A DNA stretch of 64,000 nt from a virus, in UHGV virus genome UHGV-0148165; one strand, 5' to 3'. The notes under the pieces were generated by a model. It did no database searches. It was given only the letters and a program-made list of their open reading frames with translations, and was not told the origin of the DNA. Position 1 is the first letter of the stretch. Each line of letters starts with the position of its first letter. The position numbers and the translations under genes are program-made. Below are positions 11,053 through 20,959 of the stretch, one piece after another.

Positions 11053-11553
11053 ATGAAAATTTATCGTGTTGAATCATCGTTTAGTATTCTTGATTATGAA
11101 GATGCTATAACAATACGTCGAAATCTTTGTGTTCAAATAACGCCGTACAGGAGTATAATAGATTCATGGAGCGAAGAGTGGCTATTACACGTAGGTTATG
11201 ACAGACCTAATTTTATGCATCATAGCGATAATAATAAAAGAATTCCTTTACCACACGAAGATAAACTATTAGTTAAAAACGCTAATATAGTAATTAATAC
11301 TAAGTTCAAGAAAGATTATGTTGGAGTAGAATATCATATTCCAGGATGGTTTATAGCTCTTTATCATTTTGCTTTCGCTAGCGAATATGATATGATGAGA
11401 TGGTTCACACGAGAAGAGCGGGAAGAATTATCTTCTAAAGGATTTTATCTCGCTGTATACGAAGTTCCTGAAGATGAAGTTATCATTGGTGGGCACCAAG
11501 TAATGTTCCGCAAATCGCATGCTGAACTCATAGATTTTATTGAAATGAGATAA
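11053..11553 (+). CDS. hypothetical early protein (166 aa), at the motB position by synteny
   Basis: ATG 11053 with GAGGA SD; track ORF start 11014 is a TTG inside the promoter. Confidence 0.5.
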   Translation: MKIYRVESSFSILDYEDAITIRRNLCVQITPYRSIIDSWSEEWLLHVGYDRPNFMHHSDNNKRIPLPHEDKLLVKNANIVINTKFKKDYVGVEYHIPGWFIALYHFAFASEYDMMRWFTREEREELSSKGFYLAVYEVPEDEVIIGGHQVMFRKSHAELIDFIEMR

Positions 11554-11555
11554 TT

Positions 11556-12101
11556 ATGAAATTTAATTATAATCCTGAATACATACCAAATCCGGTAGCT
11601 AAACTGATTGATTTTGATGTTGTAAGCACTTATGTATGCCCTGTTAAACCACTGGAAATTAAGGAACCTACTATGACTACCGCTATTGAAATCGGCAAAA
11701 CCTACAAACTGGTTGAACCTAAAATTAAAACTAATGCCTTGATTTCTGGTCATAAAACTCTGACTGATGTTTTTGGCGAAGGCGAATTTATTGTTGAAGA
11801 ATTTGCCAAAAGTGAGTGGTTTGACAAATCTTACGTCATCCACGGTCGCCGGTTAGATAATAACAAAATAAAGAAAAACCTGGTTTATGAAGATGAGTTC
11901 ATCCTGTTCCAAGAAGTTGAAGAACAAGACCCTACAGACCTGTTGTGTGCTGCTGTGTCTATCCGTCGTCCTTTTGATAATCCTATCTGTGGTTGGGTAA
12001 CAGACCAGTGGATTGAAGATGGTGTTGAGCTTCTGAACGTTGTCCATGCAGGAGATTTTAGTGTAGTACCTCGTAGTGCGGTGGTAGCTATTTTGAATTA
12101 A
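11556..12101 (+). CDS. hypothetical protein (181 aa)
   Basis: C-terminal block ...W(V/I)TDQWIEDGVELLNVV... shared with ORF 12178. Confidence 0.55.
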   Translation: MKFNYNPEYIPNPVAKLIDFDVVSTYVCPVKPLEIKEPTMTTAIEIGKTYKLVEPKIKTNALISGHKTLTDVFGEGEFIVEEFAKSEWFDKSYVIHGRRLDNNKIKKNLVYEDEFILFQEVEEQDPTDLLCAAVSIRRPFDNPICGWVTDQWIEDGVELLNVVHAGDFSVVPRSAVVAILN

Positions 12102-12103
12102 TA

Positions 12104-12132
12104 GTTTACAAACTCTTGGGACCAGAGTATAA
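12104..12132 (+). promoter_or_regulatory. T4-type early promoter with -10 inside a hairpin loop
   Basis: GTTTAC, 17 bp, TATAAT; GGGACCA/TGGTCCC inverted repeat flanks the -10. Confidence 0.5.
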
Positions 12133-12177
12133 TGGTCCCGTGGAGTATAAAATCTTTTTAACAAGTGAGAGATAATT

Positions 12178-12669
12178 ATGAATATTAATATCGGTGAAAT
12201 TGCTCGTGTATCTGATAAATCCCGTTCTAAAGCAGCAGGAAAATTGGTCGAAGTTGTAAGCATTCAGCTTAAACACGGTGTTAAAGATGAAGATTCTGAA
12301 GTAAAAGTACGTATCATTGCTAAAGATGGAATGTCTAAGCCCCAGTTTGGTTATGTTCGATGGAAATTTCTTGAGCCTGCGTTTTTGAAAGCTGTTCCTG
12401 CTAAAGGAATTGAAACGATTGATACTTCGCATGTAGGTGTAGACTTTAAGTGGAAACTTGGTCAAGCTATCAAGTTCATTGCTCCTTATGAGTTTGAATT
12501 TACCGAAGGTGGACAACCACTTCCTCAGCGTACTCGCGCTATGTGTGCATACATTACTGATCAATGGGTAGAAGATGGCGTTAAGTTATACAACGCGGTA
12601 TTTTTAGGAACATACAAAGTCATTCCTGAAAGTTGGATTAAACACTACAGCAAAGCTCGCTATGCATAA
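12178..12669 (+). CDS. hypothetical protein (163 aa), paralog of ORF 11556
   Basis: Shares ...YITDQWVEDGVKLYNAV... with preceding ORF. Confidence 0.55.
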   Translation: MNINIGEIARVSDKSRSKAAGKLVEVVSIQLKHGVKDEDSEVKVRIIAKDGMSKPQFGYVRWKFLEPAFLKAVPAKGIETIDTSHVGVDFKWKLGQAIKFIAPYEFEFTEGGQPLPQRTRAMCAYITDQWVEDGVKLYNAVFLGTYKVIPESWIKHYSKARYA

Positions 12670-12840
12670 AGTTTAAAATTTTTTCATAAAACTATATACA
12701 TCAGTAGTTGATTATGGTACTATATCAATATCAACTACTGATACAGAAAACAACTTGAAGAATAAAATGGATAATTCGTTAAAGGTGCGCTGATACTCTT
12801 CTGAAACGCATCGCTCCAATGTTCAATTAATGAGGAAATT

Positions 12841-13059
12841 ATGATGAAACGTAAAATTGTTCAGAATTGCACTAATGATGAATTTGAAGATGTATTATTC
12901 GATCCAGATTTGGTAGTAGTTCAAAAGGAACACACTATCAAGTTTACTCACTTGACTTCGGTTTATGTATATGAGAAAGTCGGTGATAAACAGCCGATTT
13001 ATGGTGTATTCCGTGAAATCACTGAAGACGGTACAACTTACTGGAAGGAAATTTATTAA
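12841..13059 (+). CDS. hypothetical protein (72 aa)
   Basis: ATG with GAGGAAA SD. Confidence 0.5.
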   Translation: MMKRKIVQNCTNDEFEDVLFDPDLVVVQKEHTIKFTHLTSVYVYEKVGDKQPIYGVFREITEDGTTYWKEIY

Positions 13060-13472
13060 TGGCTATTAGATTTGAAGTTAATAAATGGTATCAATTTAAA
13101 AATAAACAAGCTCAAGAAAATTTTATTAAAGACCATACTGATAACGGAATCTATGCACGCCGTTTAGGTATGCATCCTTTTAAAATTTTAGATGTGGATG
13201 CTCTTGGGCGTCCTATTAAAATTATGTCATTTGCTGGAAATTTAGTACTATCTTCTGGTAAAGATATTTTGGATGAAGATTTTATTTGGCTTTCATCGAA
13301 TGAAGCTGAATTCTTTAATGAAGTTGAAAATCCATACCAGGCAGCTGAAGAGCAGGAAGAATCTGCACCGATAACTGATCAATCTAAATTCCCTGTAATG
13401 AAAGTTACTATTGAAAATGATGAACAGGCATGGTCCTTGTATCAGATGTTGAAAGCTCACTTTAAGGAATAA
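13059..13472 (+). CDS. hypothetical protein (137 aa)
   Basis: ATG overlaps upstream stop (TAATG). Confidence 0.5.
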   Translation: MAIRFEVNKWYQFKNKQAQENFIKDHTDNGIYARRLGMHPFKILDVDALGRPIKIMSFAGNLVLSSGKDILDEDFIWLSSNEAEFFNEVENPYQAAEEQEESAPITDQSKFPVMKVTIENDEQAWSLYQMLKAHFKE

Positions 13473-13474
13473 TT

Positions 13475-13651
13475 ATGCCGCTTTATGATTATAAATGTCA
13501 ATCAAAAGACTGCGCAAAAGAATACGAAAAAATCAAGAAAATTTCTGAAAGAGATACTGATGTATGTCCTGATTGTCATCGGATTGCTATTCGGTTAGTC
13601 TCTGCCCCTAAGCATGTGAATGGCGGATTTTACGACTTACTTAAAGGGTAA
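13475..13651 (+). CDS. FmdB-like zinc-ribbon protein (58 aa)
   Basis: MPLYDYKCQSKDC...VCPDCH: N-terminal MP-x-Y-x-Y-x-C and two Cys pairs; below the ORF-track size cutoff. Confidence 0.55.
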   Translation: MPLYDYKCQSKDCAKEYEKIKKISERDTDVCPDCHRIAIRLVSAPKHVNGGFYDLLKG

Positions 13652-13653
13652 TT

Positions 13654-14025
13654 ATGTTTAAAATTGGTAAGAAATATCGCATTCGCGAAGGTGAAGAAAA
13701 GAAATATCTATTTTCTGCTATTTATAGGAATGGTTCTATTAGTAATGTAATATCTACAAGCGAATTTATCGTTGAAGATATGAAAGGTAATAATGTTACA
13801 ATGATTAGTACAGCATCTGGAAATGACGGAAAAATTCTTCACAGTCTTCGGAGTGAAGTTTTAATTTATGATGAAGAATTTGACTTCTTCGAAGAAGTTC
13901 CCGAAGATTTTGATTTTGAATGCACTATTACTATGAAGTCTGGTGACCCTCTTTCTTTTACAGTTAAAGATGAAAGAAGTCGCTTGAGAGTTATTAGCCT
14001 TCTTCAAGCCATTAAATTTAAGTGA
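13654..14025 (+). CDS. hypothetical protein (123 aa)
   Basis: ATG start; tightly packed. Confidence 0.5.
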   Translation: MFKIGKKYRIREGEEKKYLFSAIYRNGSISNVISTSEFIVEDMKGNNVTMISTASGNDGKILHSLRSEVLIYDEEFDFFEEVPEDFDFECTITMKSGDPLSFTVKDERSRLRVISLLQAIKFK

Positions 14026-14030
14026 AAATT

Positions 14031-14291
14031 ATGAAATATATTAATCGTTCTATCGCGGCATTAGTACTAGTAGTGTCTTTAGTAGGATGTACTGATGCTG
14101 ATAATGCAACTAAAATTTTGTCTTCAAGTGGTTTTACTAATATTGAAATCACTGGATATAACTGGTTCGGTTGCTCTGAAAATGATTTCCAGCATACTGG
14201 ATTTCGTGCTATTGGACCTACTGGGCAGAAAGTAGAAGGAACCGTGTGTTCTGGGTTGTTCTTTAAGGATTCGACTATCCGTTTTAAATAA
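14031..14291 (+). CDS. putative lipoprotein (86 aa)
   Basis: Signal peptide with lipobox LVGC (MKYINRSIAALVLVVSLVGCTD); track start 14022 is a GTG. Confidence 0.5.
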   Translation: MKYINRSIAALVLVVSLVGCTDADNATKILSSSGFTNIEITGYNWFGCSENDFQHTGFRAIGPTGQKVEGTVCSGLFFKDSTIRFK

Positions 14292-14292
14292 A

Positions 14293-14310
14293 AGGCCTTC
14301 GGGCCTTTAG
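14293..14310 (+). terminator. rho-independent terminator
   Basis: GGCC-TTCG-GGCC hairpin then TTT. Confidence 0.7.
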
Positions 14311-14360
14311 CTTTATGAATACCGGAGTATAATATTCCCGAAACCAAACGAGGATAAGTG

Positions 14361-16178
14361 ATGATTAAGAATGAAATTAAAATTCTGAGCGATATTGAAC
14401 ATATCAAAAAGCGTAGTGGCATGTACATTGGCTCTTCAGCTAATGAAATGCATGAGCGCTTTCTGTTTGGTAAATGGGAAAGTGTTCAGTATGTACCTGG
14501 TCTTGTTAAGCTTATTGATGAAATTATCGATAACTCAGTAGATGAAGGTATTCGTACTAAGTTTAAATTCGCAAATAAAATTAATGTTACTATTAAAAAC
14601 AATCAAGTAACAGTTGAAGATAACGGTCGCGGTATTCCACAAGCGATGGTTAAAACACCTACCGGTGAAGAAATTCCTGGTCCTGTTGCTGCATGGACTA
14701 TTCCAAAAGCAGGTGGTAACTTCGGTGATGATAAAGAACGTGTCACCGGTGGTATGAACGGTGTTGGTTCTAGTTTGACAAACATTTTTTCTGTGATGTT
14801 TGTCGGTGAAACTGGTGATGGTCAAAATAATATTGTAGTTCGTTGTTCAAATGGCATGGAAAATAAATCATGGGAAGATATTCCTGGAAAATGGAAAGGA
14901 ACTCGTGTTACTTTCATTCCTGATTTTATGTCATTTGAAACTAATGAGCTGTCCCAAGTTTATCTTGACATTACATTAGATCGTCTCCAGACACTTGCAG
15001 TAGTTTATCCTGATATTCAATTTACCTTTAATGGTAAAAAGGTTCAGGGCAATTTTAAGAAATATGCACGCCAATATGATGAGCATGCTATTGTTCAAGA
15101 ACAAGAAAATTGTTCTATTGCAGTTGGTCGTTCACCGGATGGTTTTCGTCAATTAACATACGTTAATAACATTCATACTAAGAATGGTGGCCATCACATT
15201 GACTGTGTTATGGATGATATTTGTGAAGACCTTATTCCACAAATCAAACGTAAGTTCAAAATTGATGTGACTAAAGCACGCGTCAAAGAATGTTTGACTA
15301 TCGTTATGTTTGTTCGTGATATGAAAAACATGCGATTTGATTCTCAAACTAAAGAACGTTTGACTTCTCCATTTGGCGAAATTCGTAGTCATATTCAACT
15401 TGATGCTAAAAAGATTTCACGTGCTATTTTGAATAATGAAGCAATTTTAATGCCGATTATTGAAGCTGCTTTGGCTCGTAAATTGGCGGCAGAAAAAGCA
15501 GCAGAAACTAAAGCAGCTAAAAAGGCTTCTAAAGCTAAGGTTCATAAACATATCAAAGCGAATCTTTGTGGTAAAGATGCTGACACTACTCTTTTCTTGA
15601 CTGAGGGTGATTCGGCTATCGGATATCTTATTGATGTTCGTGATAAAGAACTTCACGGTGGTTATCCATTGCGCGGTAAAGTTCTCAACAGTTGGGGTAT
15701 GTCATATGCTGATATGCTTAAAAACAAAGAATTGTTTGATATTTGCGCAATCACTGGATTAGTTCTTGGTGAAAAAGCCGAAAACTTGAATTATCATAAT
15801 ATTGCTATTATGACCGATGCTGACCACGATGGTCTAGGAAGCATTTATCCTTCTCTGCTCGGATTTTTTAGTAATTGGCCAGAACTGTTTGAACAAGGAA
15901 GAATTCGCTTTGTCAAAACTCCTGTAATCATCGCTCAGGTCGGTAAAAAACAAGAATGGTTTTATACAGTCGCTGAATATGAGAGTGCTAAAGATGCTCT
16001 ACCTAAACATAGCATCCGTTATATTAAAGGACTTGGCTCTTTGGAAAAATCTGAATATCGTGAGATGATTCAAAACCCAGTATATGATGTTGTTAAACTT
16101 CCTGAGAACTGGAAAGAGCTTTTTGAAATGCTCATGGGAGATAATGCTGACCTTCGTAAAGAATGGATGAGCCAGTAG
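14361..16178 (+). CDS. 39: DNA topoisomerase II large subunit, unsplit gp39 (605 aa)
   Basis: Starts MIKNEIKILSDIEHIKKRSGMYIGS (GHKL ATPase N-terminus); continuous through the region that is split into 39 and 60 in T4. Confidence 0.95.
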   Translation: MIKNEIKILSDIEHIKKRSGMYIGSSANEMHERFLFGKWESVQYVPGLVKLIDEIIDNSVDEGIRTKFKFANKINVTIKNNQVTVEDNGRGIPQAMVKTPTGEEIPGPVAAWTIPKAGGNFGDDKERVTGGMNGVGSSLTNIFSVMFVGETGDGQNNIVVRCSNGMENKSWEDIPGKWKGTRVTFIPDFMSFETNELSQVYLDITLDRLQTLAVVYPDIQFTFNGKKVQGNFKKYARQYDEHAIVQEQENCSIAVGRSPDGFRQLTYVNNIHTKNGGHHIDCVMDDICEDLIPQIKRKFKIDVTKARVKECLTIVMFVRDMKNMRFDSQTKERLTSPFGEIRSHIQLDAKKISRAILNNEAILMPIIEAALARKLAAEKAAETKAAKKASKAKVHKHIKANLCGKDADTTLFLTEGDSAIGYLIDVRDKELHGGYPLRGKVLNSWGMSYADMLKNKELFDICAITGLVLGEKAENLNYHNIAIMTDADHDGLGSIYPSLLGFFSNWPELFEQGRIRFVKTPVIIAQVGKKQEWFYTVAEYESAKDALPKHSIRYIKGLGSLEKSEYREMIQNPVYDVVKLPENWKELFEMLMGDNADLRKEWMSQ

Positions 16179-16207
16179 TTTACTTTACCACAAGGATGTG
16201 GTATAAT
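16178..16207 (+). promoter_or_regulatory. T4-type early promoter
   Basis: GTTTAC then 18 bp then TATAAT. Confidence 0.6.
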
Positions 16208-16232
16208 TAATTGGGCAAATGAGGATATTGAA

Positions 16233-16436
16233 ATGAAATCATATAAAGTAAATTTAGAACTTTTTGATAAAGCAGTTCATCGAGAATATAGAATCATTCA
16301 ACGCTTTTTCGATATGGGAGAAGCTGAAGAGTTTAAAAACCGCTTTAAGGATATTAGAGATAAAATTCAATCTGACACCGCAACTAAAGATGAACTACTA
16401 GAAGTTGCTGAAGTTATTAAACGCAATATGAATTAA
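16233..16436 (+). CDS. hypothetical protein (67 aa), rIIA.1 position
   Basis: ORF between 39 and rIIA. Confidence 0.5.
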   Translation: MKSYKVNLELFDKAVHREYRIIQRFFDMGEAEEFKNRFKDIRDKIQSDTATKDELLEVAEVIKRNMN

Positions 16437-16446
16437 TGAGGAAATT

Positions 16447-18624
16447 ATGATTATCACCACTGAAAAAGAAATAATTCTTGGTAATGGTTCTAAATCAAAA
16501 GCATTTAGCATCACAGCATCTCCTAAAGTATTTAAAATTCTGTCATCTGATTTGTATACAAACAAGATTCGCGCAGTAGTCCGTGAATTGATTACTAACA
16601 TGATTGATGCTCATGCACTTAATGGAAATCCTGAAAAATTTATTATACAAGTTCCTGGACGTTTAGATCCGCGATTTGTTTGTCGAGATTTTGGTCCGGG
16701 TATGAGTGATTTTGATATTCAAGGTGATGATAATTCTCCTGGGTTGTATAATTCATACTTCAGTTCATCTAAAGCTGAATCTAATGACTTTATTGGCGGA
16801 TTTGGTTTAGGTTCTAAATCTCCGTTTAGTTATACTGATACGTTTAGTATTACTTCGTATCATAAAGGTGAAATTCGTGGTTATGTAGCTTACATGGATG
16901 GTGATGGCCCACAGATTAAACCTACATTCGTAAAAGAAATGGGTCCAGATGATAAAACTGGTATTGAAATCGTAGTTCCAGTTGAAGAAAAAGATTTTAG
17001 AAACTTTGCTTATGAAGTTTCTTATATCATGCGACCGTTCAAAGATTTGGCTATCATTAATGGTCTTGACCGCGAAATTGATTATTTTCCTGATTTCGAT
17101 GATTATTACGGCGTAAATCCAGAAAGATACTGGCCTGATCGTGGTGGATTATATGCTATCTACGGCGGTATTGTTTATCCTATCGATGGTGTTATTAGAG
17201 ACCGTAACTGGCTAAGCATTCGCAATGAAGTGAATTACATTAAGTTTCCAATGGGTTCATTGGATATTGCTCCATCTCGTGAGGCTCTTTCACTGGATGA
17301 TCGCACTCGTAAAAATATCATTGAACGAGTTAAAGAACTCAGTGAGAAAGCATTTAATGAAGATGTAAAACGATTTAAAGAATCTACATCTCCTCGTCAC
17401 ACATATCGTGAATTAATGAAGATGGGGTATTCTGCTCGAGATTATATGATTAGTAATTCAGTCAAATTCACGACTAAAAATCTGTCATATAAGAAGATGC
17501 AGAGCATGTTTGAACCTGACAGTAAGTTATGCAATGCAGGAGTTGTGTATGAAGTAAATCTTGACCCTCGACTGAAGCGCATTAAGCAAAGTCATGAAAC
17601 TTCAGCCGTTGCATCAAGTTATCGTCTGTTTGGTATTAATACAACAAAAATTAATATCGTTATTGATAATATTAAAAATCGTGTTAATATTGTTCGTGGA
17701 TTAGCACGAGCGTTAGATGATAGTGAATTTAATAACACTTTGAATATTCATCATAACGAACGTCTTCTGTTTATTAATCCAGAAGTAGAATCGCAGATTG
17801 ATTTACTCCCTGATATTATGGCGATGTTTGAAAGTGATGAAGTTAACATTCATTATTTGTCAGAAATTGAAGCTTTAGTAAAAAGTTATATTCCAAAGGT
17901 AGTTAAAAGTAAAGCTCCTCGTCCTAAAGCTGCTACAGCATTTAAGTTTGAAATTAAAGATGGGCGCTGGGAAAAAGAGGAATTATTTACACTTACGTCA
18001 GAAGCAGATGAAATTACTGGTTATGTAGCGTATATGCATCGTTCTGATATTTTCTCTATGGATGGTACTACATCTCTTTGTCATCCATCTATGAATATTT
18101 TGACTCGTATGGCTAATCTTATTGGCATTAATGAATTTTATGTTATTCGTCCGCTTTTACAGAAAAAGGTAAAAGAACTTGGTCAGTGCCAATGTATTTT
18201 TGAAGCTTTGCGTGATTTATATGTAGATGCTTTTGATGATGTAGATTATGATAAGTACGTAGGTTATTCAAGTTCAGCTCAACGATATATTGATAAAATT
18301 ATCAAGTATCCTGAACTAGATTTTATGATGAAGTACTTCAGTACAGATGAAGTTTCTGAAGAATATACACGACTCGCTAATATAGTTAGTTCATTACGGG
18401 GCGTATATTTCAATGGTGGAAAAGATACCATCGGTCATGACATCTGGACAGTAACTAATCTTTTTGATGTATTATCAAATAATGCTTCAAAAAACAGTGA
18501 TAAAATGGTTGCTGAGTTTACCAAGAAATTCCGTATTGTTTCCGACTTCATCGGTTATCGCAACTCTTTAAGTGATGATGAAGTTTCCCAAATCGCTAAA
18601 ACTATGAAGGCCCTTGCGGCCTAA
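16447..18624 (+). CDS. rIIA: rIIA protein
   Basis: 725 aa, same as T4 rIIA; N-terminal ATPase-like region; followed by rIIB. Confidence 0.95.
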   Translation: MIITTEKEIILGNGSKSKAFSITASPKVFKILSSDLYTNKIRAVVRELITNMIDAHALNGNPEKFIIQVPGRLDPRFVCRDFGPGMSDFDIQGDDNSPGLYNSYFSSSKAESNDFIGGFGLGSKSPFSYTDTFSITSYHKGEIRGYVAYMDGDGPQIKPTFVKEMGPDDKTGIEIVVPVEEKDFRNFAYEVSYIMRPFKDLAIINGLDREIDYFPDFDDYYGVNPERYWPDRGGLYAIYGGIVYPIDGVIRDRNWLSIRNEVNYIKFPMGSLDIAPSREALSLDDRTRKNIIERVKELSEKAFNEDVKRFKESTSPRHTYRELMKMGYSARDYMISNSVKFTTKNLSYKKMQSMFEPDSKLCNAGVVYEVNLDPRLKRIKQSHETSAVASSYRLFGINTTKINIVIDNIKNRVNIVRGLARALDDSEFNNTLNIHHNERLLFINPEVESQIDLLPDIMAMFESDEVNIHYLSEIEALVKSYIPKVVKSKAPRPKAATAFKFEIKDGRWEKEELFTLTSEADEITGYVAYMHRSDIFSMDGTTSLCHPSMNILTRMANLIGINEFYVIRPLLQKKVKELGQCQCIFEALRDLYVDAFDDVDYDKYVGYSSSAQRYIDKIIKYPELDFMMKYFSTDEVSEEYTRLANIVSSLRGVYFNGGKDTIGHDIWTVTNLFDVLSNNASKNSDKMVAEFTKKFRIVSDFIGYRNSLSDDEVSQIAKTMKALAA

Positions 18625-18635
18625 TAAGGAAAATT

Positions 18636-19574
18636 ATGTACAATATTAAATGCCTGACCAAAAACGAACAAGCTGAAATTGTTAAACTGTATTCAAGTGG
18701 TAATTACACCCAACAGGAATTGGCTGATTGGCAAGGTGTATCGGTTGACACAATCCGTCGTGTTTTGAAAAATGCTGAAGAAGCTAAACGCCCTAAAGTT
18801 ACTATTAGCGGTGATATTACAGTTAAAGTTAATAGCGATGCAGTTATTGCTCCAGTTGCTAAATCTGACATTATTTGGAATGCATCTAAAAAATTCATTT
18901 CAATTACTGTTGACGGTGTAACTTATAACGCAACTCCTAATACTCATTCAAACTTCCAGGAAATTCTTAATCTGCTTGTAGCGGATAAGTTGGAAGAAGC
19001 GGCACAAAAAATTAATGTTCGTCGCGCTGTTGAAAAATATATTTCCGGCGATGTTCGAATTGAAGGTGGAAGCTTGTTCTATCAAAATATTGAATTGCGG
19101 TCTGGTTTGGTTGATCGTATTCTTGACTCGATGGAAAAAGGCGAAAACTTTGAATTTTATTTTCCGTTCTTGGAAAATCTGCTGGAAAACCCAAGCCAAA
19201 AAGCAGTATCTCGACTCTTTGATTTCTTGGTAGCAAACGATATTGAAATTACAGAAGATGGCTACTTCTATGCTTGGAAAGTAGTTCGCAGCAATTACTT
19301 TGACTGTCACTCAAACACCTTTGATAACAGTCCGGGTAAAGTAGTTAAAATGCCACGTACTCGTGTGAACGACGATGATACACAAACTTGTTCTCGTGGT
19401 CTGCATGTGTGTTCTAAATCTTATATTCGTCACTTTGGCAGTTCAACCAGCCGAGTTGTAAAAGTTAAAGTTCATCCTCGCGATGTAGTATCAATTCCGA
19501 TTGATTACAACCATGCTAAAATGCGTACCTGCCAATACGAAGTAGTTGAAGACGTTACTGAACAATTTAAATAA
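18636..19574 (+). CDS. rIIB: rIIB protein
   Basis: 312 aa, same as T4 rIIB. Confidence 0.95.
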   Translation: MYNIKCLTKNEQAEIVKLYSSGNYTQQELADWQGVSVDTIRRVLKNAEEAKRPKVTISGDITVKVNSDAVIAPVAKSDIIWNASKKFISITVDGVTYNATPNTHSNFQEILNLLVADKLEEAAQKINVRRAVEKYISGDVRIEGGSLFYQNIELRSGLVDRILDSMEKGENFEFYFPFLENLLENPSQKAVSRLFDFLVANDIEITEDGYFYAWKVVRSNYFDCHSNTFDNSPGKVVKMPRTRVNDDDTQTCSRGLHVCSKSYIRHFGSSTSRVVKVKVHPRDVVSIPIDYNHAKMRTCQYEVVEDVTEQFK

Positions 19575-19590
19575 GGGCTTCGGCCCTTAA
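19575..19590 (+). terminator. rho-independent terminator
   Basis: GGGC-TTCG-GCCC hairpin just after rIIB stop. Confidence 0.6.
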
Positions 19591-19602
19591 CTAAGGAAAA
19601 TT

Positions 19603-19797
19603 ATGTTAGGTTATCAAGCACGAGTAAAAGAAGAATACGATCAATTAATGCTCAAAATTAATGCACTGAGCAATTTTTTAGAAAGCGCAAAGTTTCTAAC
19701 AGTTAGTGCAGTTGAGCAAGAACTGCTACTTTCACAGTTCATCTCAATGAAATCTTATGCTGAATGTCTAGAGAAAAGAATTGCACAATTCAAATAA
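19603..19797 (+). CDS. hypothetical protein (64 aa)
   Basis: ATG with AAGGAAAA SD; bracketed by two terminator hairpins. Confidence 0.5.
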   Translation: MLGYQARVKEEYDQLMLKINALSNFLESAKFLTVSAVEQELLLSQFISMKSYAECLEKRIAQFK

Positions 19798-19801
19798 ATA
19801 A

Positions 19802-19821
19802 GGGCTTCGGCCCTTTTGTTT
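19802..19821 (+). terminator. rho-independent terminator
   Basis: GGGC-TTCG-GCCC then TTTTGTTTT. Confidence 0.8.
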
Positions 19822-19881
19822 TAAGAGAAATTATGATTTATTATACGAATATCAGTGATTTCGACATAAAGGAAAGTTTAA

Positions 19882-20439
19882 ATGCAGAAAACAAATCCTG
19901 GGTTACAGAGACTATTTCAGATTCCGACATTTACCCTATCGAACAGTGACTTGACTAGTGAAATGAAGGTCAAAATTGCTGATACAGCAAGATACTCTTT
20001 AAAACAAAACCCGAACCAGGATAAAGCAGAAGTTATCGAAAGATGCCGTATCGCGGTGTACGCAGAGTTTTTTGTAGCAGATTGGCTAAGCGGGTATGTT
20101 AACAAAGGCCAAGAGGATGTTAATGACCCATATACATACGCATGGGATGTATTGGCGCATCCAAGATACTGCGGGCTTCGTGTAGAAGTTAAGACACATC
20201 AAACTGACTCACGTTGGATTTCTGTAACAACAGGATGCAGCGGAGAGTATCCATATGGTTCTGGAATAAATCTAGGGCCCATTCTGAATCATCAGGTCGC
20301 TGACTGTATAATTATATTCAACACTAAAGAAATTCACCCAGGTGTCATTCAGTACACTCCGAAGTTCATTGGTGATAGAGAAGACCTTCGTAAGGTTGTA
20401 AGAAAAAGCAACTACAACGGATGGTATCTTTCCATTTAA
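19882..20439 (+). CDS. denB: endonuclease IV (DenB)
   Basis: 185 aa, same as T4 DenB; position after rIIB. Confidence 0.75.
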   Translation: MQKTNPGLQRLFQIPTFTLSNSDLTSEMKVKIADTARYSLKQNPNQDKAEVIERCRIAVYAEFFVADWLSGYVNKGQEDVNDPYTYAWDVLAHPRYCGLRVEVKTHQTDSRWISVTTGCSGEYPYGSGINLGPILNHQVADCIIIFNTKEIHPGVIQYTPKFIGDREDLRKVVRKSNYNGWYLSI

Positions 20440-20455
20440 AAATTTTCACAAAACG

Positions 20456-20485
20456 GTTTACATACCACAAGGACTGTGGTACTAT
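20456..20485 (+). promoter_or_regulatory. T4-type early promoter (repeated cassette)
   Basis: TTCACAAAACGGTTTAC...GTGGTACTATACAACTATCA; near-identical copies at about 24080 and 40535. Confidence 0.65.
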
Positions 20486-20512
20486 ACAACTATCAGCTAC
20501 GGAGGAGTAAAA

Positions 20513-20776
20513 ATGAAATTTAAATTTTATTACGCTAAACATAAAATTACCGGTGAATTTATTGCATTTACGACTTCAACTACAGATGAAGGAGATATTT
20601 TTACTGCAGTATTTTTATCAAAATGGGAATCAGATCAACCTTACTTATCATCACGTGAAGATCTCCAACGATTAGTTAATGGAGAATATAATGATTCATG
20701 GTCATATTTAGTCCATGATTGTGTTAAAAAGGCAATAAAACAAAAACACTTGGAAATCGTTGAGATTGAACTATGA
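20513..20776 (+). CDS. hypothetical protein (87 aa)
   Basis: ATG with GGAGGAG SD. Confidence 0.5.
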   Translation: MKFKFYYAKHKITGEFIAFTTSTTDEGDIFTAVFLSKWESDQPYLSSREDLQRLVNGEYNDSWSYLVHDCVKKAIKQKHLEIVEIEL

Positions 20777-20859
20777 GTTCATTATGGTGGTGTTTTGTTT
20801 GGTTAATTAGTATTCCAGTAATTTGTTTAACATTTACTTTTGTGATGAGGTTATTATGA
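20773..20859 (+). CDS. small hydrophobic peptide (28 aa)
   Basis: MSSLWWCFVWLISIPVICLTFTFVMRLL; start overlaps upstream stop. Confidence 0.35.
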   Translation: MSSLWWCFVWLISIPVICLTFTFVMRLL

Positions 20860-20954
20860 AAATTTTGAATTCTGTACTTATTGCTTGTGCGTGGTGGGTT
20901 GTGCAAGTTTCAGCGGTAGTAGTTGGTATTCACATTTATTACGAATATTTTTAA
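20856..20954 (+). CDS. small hydrophobic peptide (32 aa)
   Basis: MKILNSVLIACAWWVVQVSAVVVGIHIYYEYF; start overlaps upstream stop. Confidence 0.35.
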   Translation: MKILNSVLIACAWWVVQVSAVVVGIHIYYEYF

Positions 20955-20959
20955 AAAGT

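Noticed and set aside
14361-16436. Gene 60-type translational bypass element
   Set aside because: Gene 39 is one continuous 605-codon frame and no separate gene 60 or mobA ORF follows it, so the T4-specific bypass arrangement is not present here
19764-19949. Track ORF spanning the terminator at 19802
   Set aside because: It reads through a strong terminator hairpin and overlaps the preceding ORF out of frame; at most a short downstream ORF from ATG 19832 is plausible
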